DNA of 64,000 nt. It comes from Asterias rubens (taxonomy: Eukaryota). The notes beneath the pieces are model-generated. The model was not told the origin of the DNA and made no database searches. It saw only the letters and a list, made by a program, of their open reading frames with translations. Where the stretch lies: assembly GCF_902459465.1 (NCBI RefSeq), contig NC_047076.1, positions 8,184,001 through 8,248,000 of the forward strand, in the 5' to 3' direction. Made by a program: the position numbers and the translations under genes. Positions 49,001 through 58,000 of the stretch are shown here, piece by piece (position 1 is the first letter of the stretch; each line of letters starts with the position of its first letter).

Positions 49001-52000
49001 GGTGTACTTTCTAAACATGATACAATCTTTGTGCAAAGCTCTTCACAACCAAGGTTTGAGTCAGCAGTGGTTACCACTGCGGCACAGCGGGCAAAGGCCT
49101 GGTATAATTCCGCCCAGGTTTTCAGAAGCGTTTTGGTCGTCATCTGAAATGAAATAAGAACAAAAGTGTTATACAAAATTTCTGAAACAATAAAATACAA
49201 AGGGAACTCGGAAAGAAGAACATCACTTTTTGTGTTTGGTTTACCTGTGGCAGGGTACCAGTTTCACTGAGTAACAGGCGTTGAATTGGGAGCATAAGAC
49301 TGGCATACATCGTGCTGAAGTCATGGTCCAACGAATCACCCTGGTTCACTTCATTGGTCTGTCAATACAATCAGAGATGGTAACCGGTGAACAAATAGAA
49401 GAAACAAATTTGGCGCAACTCTTTTAAGCGGAGAATTGTGACTGTACGATGTGCCCAGCCTTCAAACGTGCTCTCAAAACCCACCCTTTTCCCTCTTCGT
49501 AGCTGGTCGTCTTTATCTTTGTTCTGTCTTCCCCCCTTCTTTCTCAGCGCCTTGTATCCTTTGGCAATTTGGCGCTATATAAATACTGTTATTATTATTA
49601 TTAAGGTAAGCAAAACCATGAAATTTCGCCTTGCAAATATAAAATTAAACATCATTGCAGAGTGGTTAGGAGCAGCGAATTCAAGTCATCAGAGTGTGGG
49701 TTTGAATCCCCGTCATGACACTTGTGTCCTAGAGCAAGATGCACTACTATAATTCCCTTTCTTCACCCAGGGGGATAAATGTGAACCAACAAGGGTAGAG
49801 GTTGATATTGTGTATAAAAAGCCTTTGAAGCGCTAGCTACGGTTGCTTAGGTTGTATCTCCAGGGAGCTGAGAAAGATAAAAGGAATGTTGTTGGCATTG
49901 AGACGGTTATTGTGAAATTCACTATATAAGAACTTCTTATTATTACCTCAATAATATGGCCGAGTAGTGGATACACAATACAACTCCAGATTCTCCAGAG
50001 CAGCTCTTTATTGCCGAGGTCAGACGCCGCCTTGTCGACGAGATTAAAGACGGAGCCCGCAAACCCAAGAACGGTTCCCGGCACGGTCAATCCACAGTCG
50101 ATTAATGTCTCAAGCACGCAGAAAAACCTTAAGGATAACAAAAACAAACCAACGGTTTTTAAACTATTGAAAGAGGTAGACCAAGTAGACACAGTGCTGC
50201 TAAAAATTGTACTCTTGGAACAACAACAATTCTTGTCAAGAAAAATGTTGTGCGACTCGCACCAAAATTGATAGAAATCTTTTGAGGGGGCGACCAAAGA
50301 TTTGTTGTCCTGGAACAAGCCATTTTAGCGGTGCTGTTCATTAAAACAAACACAAAATAAAACATTACAAATTTCTCACTTACTATAGATTAGCACTCAG
50401 CACTAATACTAAAAATAGAGGCCAAGTACCCGAATAAACGATAGCTGGTCCAAATATCGCAAATAAGTGACTAACAATTGGGCTGAATATACAGACAGAA
50501 ATTGAACAATTACAATTAAATTTAACTTGCCATTATTATTTTGTGACATGCTTTCAGAGAGTACCAGTGACTGCCAACACTGGTCCCATGTTCTGCATGC
50601 ATGTATAAGTTATTGTAGCATACATTTTCCCACCTAAGTGACACAAAATGGCTGCCACTTAAGGTCTACAAGTATGCCGATCTTTACATTTTCCCTCAAA
50701 ACAACTGTTTTTCGGAGGAGCTGGGTTACCTTTCGTCAGTCGCTCTGACTAACATGCCTGGACTAAGCAGCAGTTCGATGAGAAATAACGCTGGTGTTCC
50801 CTGAAAGTAACAATTTGTTCACATTTATTTCAGTTGGGGGTTGAACAAAGAAAAACTTACTGCATAGGGTGTAAAACCTGTGACCTACTACTAACGAACT
50901 GGTGCCTTACCAACCAACTAACCCAGTCAGAAGACGATCAACCTGTTACTGCTGTATAGCCAAGGATCACACCCATGTTTACGACACAATTACTAGGGAC
51001 GCAGTAGGAGAGGGAACACCCCCTCCCCCTAAGGTGTTCCCTGTGACTTCAGGTATTTAGTAATAAACCTCAAGGGAAAGTGACTGGGTAGAATTTAGTT
51101 TAACTTGTGTAAACACGCCACATCATTTGGTGGTTGGTTGCAAAAATGTCTGTGAAGTCAAAACCAAATAACTATGCTGTATATAATAGCCCCTTTTAAC
51201 ACTAGCCATTTGCCTGGGAAATATTTTGCAAATCCATCACTTCGGTGGCAGAGTTAAATTTCTTGTCCTAAATTCATGTAAAGGGAGCTTTCTTTTCCCC
51301 AAAAAAGAATGTGGGAGAGCACTGAGTACAAAATAAACCGAGTATAAAACATTACAAAATATTATCACAAGATTTGAACTTACGTGGAGCAGTCCAGCAT
51401 TTCCAGTGTGATACGACGACGAACCTAATACATTCTTTGGCAGATTGCTGACGGCCTCCAGAAATTTCTGCGTTAAAAAAAAACACACCAAAAGAACGTC
51501 AGGATATATTTTACGTTCAAATACATCACTGGTGACTAAATGATTTCAAAAATGCTTCAACAAAATTTGCTTTGCTAAAAAAACCATCAGATACAAATAG
51601 CTTCTGGTTGGTTCCTGCTCTTTCCAAAAAAAAAAAACCAATTGAATATTTGTCTTTGGGACTTAAAGGAACACGTTGCCTTGGATCGGACGAGTTGGTC
51701 TTTTAAAAGCGTTTGAAACCGTTTGTTATGAAATGCATATGGTTAGAAAGATGTTTTAAAAGTAGAATACAATGATCCACACAAATAGGCCTCGAAATTG
51801 CGTGGTTTTCCTTTTACGTCGCGAACTATCACGGTCGGCCATTTATGGGAGTCAAAATTTCGACTCCCATAAATGGCCGACCGTGTTAGTCGACAGGGTA
51901 AAAAGAAAACCACGCAATTTCGAGGCATATTTGTGTAGATCATTGTATTCTACTTTTACAATATATTTCTAACCATTTTACAATAAACGGTTACAGAACG

Positions 52001-55000
52001 CTTTTCAAAGACCAACTCGACCGATCCAAGGCAACGTGTTCCTTTAAAGCATCTCATGGTGGGGTATCAATGTATTTTTGGTTTGAAGTAACATCATGTG
52101 TATATCTAGTTGACAGGTAGAGTTCTGTAGAGAGCTTCATATTCTACTCACGCGGAGATGATTTGTTCGGGAAACTTCTCAGTTCTGAAAAGAACTGTCC
52201 TGGGCCCAATTTCATAGTGCTGCTTAACGGTAGGCAAGTGTTCGTGCTTTACTGAAACAGGAAGATTTGCCAAGGTGAATGCGTATTTCACAGGTTAGCA
52301 GAAAAATTGGGCGGCCATATTGTGCATTTATCATGGATTTTCATTGTGACGTCATTTACTTTCGTGCGGTAAGCACCGGAAGGTTAGCATGCCTTTTAGT
52401 TTGCTTACCGTTAGCAGCGCTATGAAATTGGGCCCTATCAACTGCTACCTGGGCGTAAGGTAGGAAATCGGTTTTGACTACTACTATAGCTTAGAGGAAC
52501 AAGTCAAGCAAAATTTGTCAAGCAATATAAACTTTTCTCACCAGTAACGTTTGCGGAGGCAGAGCACTTGATCCCACAATGCATTGCAGGCTCGACAGGA
52601 ACTGTGTCAGCACCTCTACACTATCCTTCTTGGTTGCCGTGGTGACCATGTCGCTGACATGTATCACGAGGGAGTACCAAAGCTGGAAAAGCAGGCCCTC
52701 TGTTGACAAATTGAAAGTTGATTAATTACACGACTTCAAATTTGTCCGACGCGGACAATTATTTTCAAAATATTTTCTCCATGTTGTGACGAGAGAAGAG
52801 TCATTGCTGACAAAAAAGTCTAATACTGGGATCCATATCTTAGAAGGTACTTTGAAATGGGGTCTTCCCGCATTTTGGTAACCAATAGAGTTATAGATTC
52901 CAAAGAGCTTATTTAACTCGGAGAAAAAGACAGCGTTTTTGTGGTTGACCAGGCAGACTTTAAAAAGTCTGAGTTCAGACACAAAACTGAAATATGTCAA
53001 CCCTGTACAGTGGTACATAGACTGCGACAACATTCTTATATAAATCTAACCTGGAATATGAAATAACATTCCAAAAGCCTTTTTAAAACACCAGAACCAA
53101 ATTTGATGACCAGGCAGACATTAAAAAAGTCTGAATTCAGATAAACGTCCGAAATTTCTCAACCCTGGTTGTGTTGCATTATTTCAGACTCACCTTCGAG
53201 TTGGTCGCCCAGATTACATACGACATCTCCCACCAATGGGATTAACGTGGTGGACAATTTGATAAAAGTTGTGGATGACGTGATCACTGGATGGCTCAGT
53301 GAATCTAAGGATTGAAAAGTTAGGAACAAAACTCAAAATTGGTAAAGAAGAAAAAGGAAGAAATAGAGAGCAAAAAGGAAGCTTTTTTAAAAGAACTTGA
53401 AAAGATATAAAAAATTCAACAGCCGAATAATTTCAAACACTTATTTTTGTAAATGCAAGAGGGCAAGAACTTGGTTAGCATAGAAAGAGTCGCTTCATAG
53501 CAAATGGTTACCAGCCAAATGGAAATAATCTTAAAATCGTTGTCATTGGTACTCAGTACAATGTAACTGGGCTGAGCAAAAATTCCTGCTTAGCAGCTTT
53601 TTGAAATTGTGCCCCCGAATCGAATACAATTTAAGTTCAAGCTTACTTATTGTGAAGTTGTAATTTGGCGCCGTGCCGACAGCCTCACTGGGCATGCCCA
53701 GAATACGTGCCAGCATCTCCACCCCCTGAAGTTGGACCGACTTGAACACTGGGGGCGTTGCGCTGCCAGGTGTACCGGGTGGTAGGCTAAGACGTGGGGT
53801 TTTCGGGCTGGCAATAGAAAACAGCGGTCCTTGATAATAAAAAAAAAAGGATAGGATGTTTATATTTGTATTATTTTTTACTATAAATTTATTCGAGTTA
53901 GTATCCAAGAGAAACCATTGTTTCTCATCCATTTAAATCATTGTATCCAAATTGAGGCTCAAATGGATACACACCCCCGTTTCTCTCATTTGGTACATAC
54001 CTGCTCTGTGAAGTGGTGTAGTAAAACCTTGTCTTAGGCCTGCACCATTTGAAACCAGAGGGGTGCTTGGACATTTTGCTCCACTTATGCTGGTATTGAG
54101 GGCAAGCGCAAACTGTATAAGAGGAGCGCAAACCTTCAAGAAAGCAAAAAACAGACGATCACATTAATGTCAGGGAGGAATTTAAAATGTAATTGTTTAT
54201 TTTTGTTTAAGATTATTATTTTATCTCTCGTCTTATTGTAAAAACATATTTTGTTGCAAACAAAAGCTTAGACAAACAATCTTTGAAAGTTAGTCCAACT
54301 GAATTTTGTTTTAGTATATCCAAAATTAACAAAGAGTTGTTCGAGTCCCTGTATTGAGAATGGTTGAACCCACCTGGTCAAAGTTCATAGCGGCTTTGGG
54401 TCCTAGCCTGGAAACCAGATACCACCATGTGTCCAGCTTAGCCTGGGCTACAACCTCTTGCTTAGTGTGGGTCGCTCTCAGGGGTTGCAATATGAGTTTC
54501 AATCTCTTTGCATTGTATAGGACATCTAGGAGAGGAAAAGAGGTTGAGAATACAAGGTTAGTTTTCAAAGATACAGAAAAGAACATTGTTTTGATTGTGC
54601 GTCACGTGCACTTTGTCAAAAATAATTGAAAGGGATTCTATCAAACTCAAAGCTAACAGACAAACACGAGTGAGGTATTTAAGAACACCACAAATTTGTT
54701 CTCATCATGAGTTTACTGGTCCCGACACTAACATTACTGGCCTCGGACGGAACTGTCGTCCATTGTAAAATTTAAGCACTGAGAACGCTGTGAAGCATCT
54801 TGACGAACCTGTTTCGATGGCGAAGTTGTCAATGAGGACCTTCCAAGAATCAAAGGAGGCTTTCTTGATGTCAGACGAGACACTTTTGAACCCTTGCTCT
54901 ACTACTCCGAGAAGACAGTTGATCAAACCTCCTCCCTTATGCAGTGTCTTCAAAATAACAACGAAGGAGTATTTATTAGATAATATTAATAATACCAATT

Positions 55001-58000
55001 GTGGTTTCTTATATAGCTCTCATATTCGTCACTCAGTGACGCTCAAGACGTTTCAACATTTAGTATTTTCCTGCAAGATATTGTTGAGATACATTTTGAA
55101 GTGTAAGACACCATTTCATGGTTAACGAGGTGCTGTGACGCACTATGCAGCCAATCAAACCAGGAACACATGGGTGAACCCCTTCACTTTAAAGTAAAGT
55201 AAACTGGGTTGCCGATGCACTGATCCCGTAAGAGGTAGAAAGTTTGTCTGACATCCGGATATTTTGAACGAAAGTGTATTCTGAGAACGGAATGATATTG
55301 GACAGGGAAGGGCATTCAAACTTAAAGAAAATATCAGGCTTTGAACTAAACCCCAGCAATTGCTGTGGTGCACTGTGCTTTTGCAGTGATACCCTTTGCA
55401 AACTTCAAATAAAAAATTGAATTTTCCTCGCACAAGTGCTCCTTACCAGAGGAAAAATGCTTTGCCTCTTCAAGAACGAAATTCAAAGCCTGAAATATCA
55501 CAAACTTGATCCACGCTTTACCTTTCCAAGGAGAGTCACAAAGATTCTCCACATCTTCAAGACGTGAATCTCGCATTTATTCCCAAACAGCTTCAGCATC
55601 TCCGGCACCAGGTTCGTCTTCAGGTCTACCACCAACCCGGGCAGGATCTCTGCCTGGTGCTTCATCAACGCTGGTAGACCGAGCTCCATCGCGTAGGCCG
55701 CACGCTCACGGATCTTGTGGGCAGAGTGGACGACCAGAGGGAAGAGGAGTTTACCCCAACGAGCTGCGTGGGTCGGAATCTCATCTGGGAGTCCCTCTAG
55801 AAGTCTGGTAGGAATGAAGATGTAAGTAAGCAGCTGTTCAGAGTATTCGATATTATTAAAAAAAAAATTGTTTGGGGGGGGGGGATTTGTTTTGAGCCAG
55901 CTACTTAACCTAAAGTGGTGAGTTGAAGATTGTGTATGGGTTTGATAATTTCTTTTTATATAGTTTGGAACTCCTGGTTAATTGGGGTTTACTGATCAAA
56001 AGCAGTCTTTTAAGTAACTGTTTGGCAAAAATAAATGTTCATTTGTTGACTTTTTATTTTATTTTTCAAACTTATGTACACATTTTTTATTTAATGACCT
56101 TTTGATCATTACCAATTTTAAATTGCCATTAGTGACCTTATAGTTCTGAGCAGACGATTAATATACACTATGCACAACATAATATCTCAAACGAACCTGC
56201 AGCTGATTTCACGCAACGCTAAGATTAATCCTAACTGAGGATGGGTTCAATGCGTCCTACGTATTTGGATACGGAACTGAACCTGTCCTAAGTCCTAAGA
56301 TTAATTTTAAGTTAGGTAGAGTTTGGTGAAATCGACGGCTGGTATTTTAGATCAATGCTCTCCAGGTTAAGGAGTTGTCAATGGCTTTTCCTCACTTCCA
56401 ACTTGGTAGTTGAGGAAATATGTGCCATCTCACATCAGGCATAAAGATCAGCTATTGGAATGGGAGAGGGTAGAAAGATAGGGGTAGGGACACAACAGCG
56501 GCTGGAGGGGTAGAAACTTACCTTATAATAACATTAGCTGCCTCATACTCGACAGTCATTGACTGGAATTCACCCTGCACCAAAGAATGCTCCAACGCAC
56601 ACAGTATCGAGTAAATCTACATTGAGTCAGAAAAATAATTAACATAACAAATGTCAAGATTTCAGCAACCATTATAGGATTTGCCCTTCAGCTTTTTCAG
56701 TGATTCGCCAGCAGGCCCAGTTAGCTTGTCATTTTACTAGTCTGCACATGTTCACTAGTCCATAATCAATCTATTTATAGGGATGTTTTTCAACACTGAA
56801 CTAGCCAGCTGGACCACTTGGTGAGAATTGTGACTGGTCCTCGCTTGCTTTAACTAGCATTTTGGCCAGCAGACCACAGTGAAGAGAGAACACTGCATTA
56901 TAACCATGTTTGGCTCAAGTGACTTTTCAGCTACAGCTAAAGCCGGGTTCATACTTCCTGCGAATGCGATACGAATGTGGACGTCACAAATCCGCATAAG
57001 TCACAGGGGTTGAGCTGTGCTCAACTCTTCTGCGAATATCGCAGCAAAAACAGAGTTGTGACGTCCAATTCGCATCACATTCGCAGGAAGTATGAACCGA
57101 GCTTGAGGCGGTTTCAGAAATGTATGGTTGCATAGGAATCGCTGGAAAATGTAAATTCTGGACCTGACCTTTCAGGCCATATCACACAGTCAAATATTTA
57201 CAGGCAACTAGGAGACACTTAAACTACAGGCCTCGGGCCTGTAGTTTATTGTGACTAAGCTTTAGGCATCGTCACACTGCGATAACGAAAAAGATCACGA
57301 TCACGACACAAAGAGATTGCATTCTTATGGTTGAATGAGCGTGTGCGATTTCTGCGTGGAACAATTCAACCAATAGAGCAATGTTCTCTTTGCGTCGTGA
57401 TTGTATCGTTATCGCTGCAGTGGGACCGGGCCTTTAGCATTGCATTATGAAGTCTGGTTTTATTTTCTGACTTTGTGAACAAGGTATTTCCTCTTCCCCC
57501 CCAATTATTTTTCAAGTCTTGTCCCCGACTCATTTTTGTCCATACCTCACTTCGGATGATCTGTTGTGGGAAGTTCTGCTTGGACAGGCACCAGAGGGCA
57601 CGAGTGCATGTGCTCTTGTCTTTGGTTTTCAGCAAAGAATTGCAAAGCGCTACAAGGATAAACAAAGAAACAATCACAAACTATAAATGAATAGTTAACC
57701 CTCCTACTGTCTGACCATTCAACATCATGAACTTTGGTTTTGAATAAAAGATATACTCTGCAGCCTGCAATAATATGTGGTGATTGCATCTACAGCCTTT
57801 TCATTAAAACTATTTTCCCAGGCCAGTTCTCTCACACTTGGGCTGCTTAACCCCTGATCAACCCCTGCAAGGACTAGGGCTAAGCGGTAAAAAACCATAG
57901 GGTATTCTTTAAACATGCAATAAGAACCCTGTGGAATAGGGATATGGAAAGGGGACAGTGTGAAAGTGGGCCGGTGTAACCATGGGGTAAAACAAAACTC

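Noticed and set aside
49833-50318. 161-aa ORF as an independent gene
   Set aside because: Only 49947-50127 is coding (RIF1 exon 15); the rest is intronic open frame.
56640-56930. GC-richer intronic stretch considered as telomerase RNA, RNase P or MRP
   Set aside because: No telomeric template or P4 consensus found; only short scattered stems.
57880-57960. Possible U17/snR30 homologue (GTCCCCTTTCCA, ATATCCCTA)
   Set aside because: The m2 motif AAACCAU is on the opposite strand and no H/ACA boxes are correctly placed.
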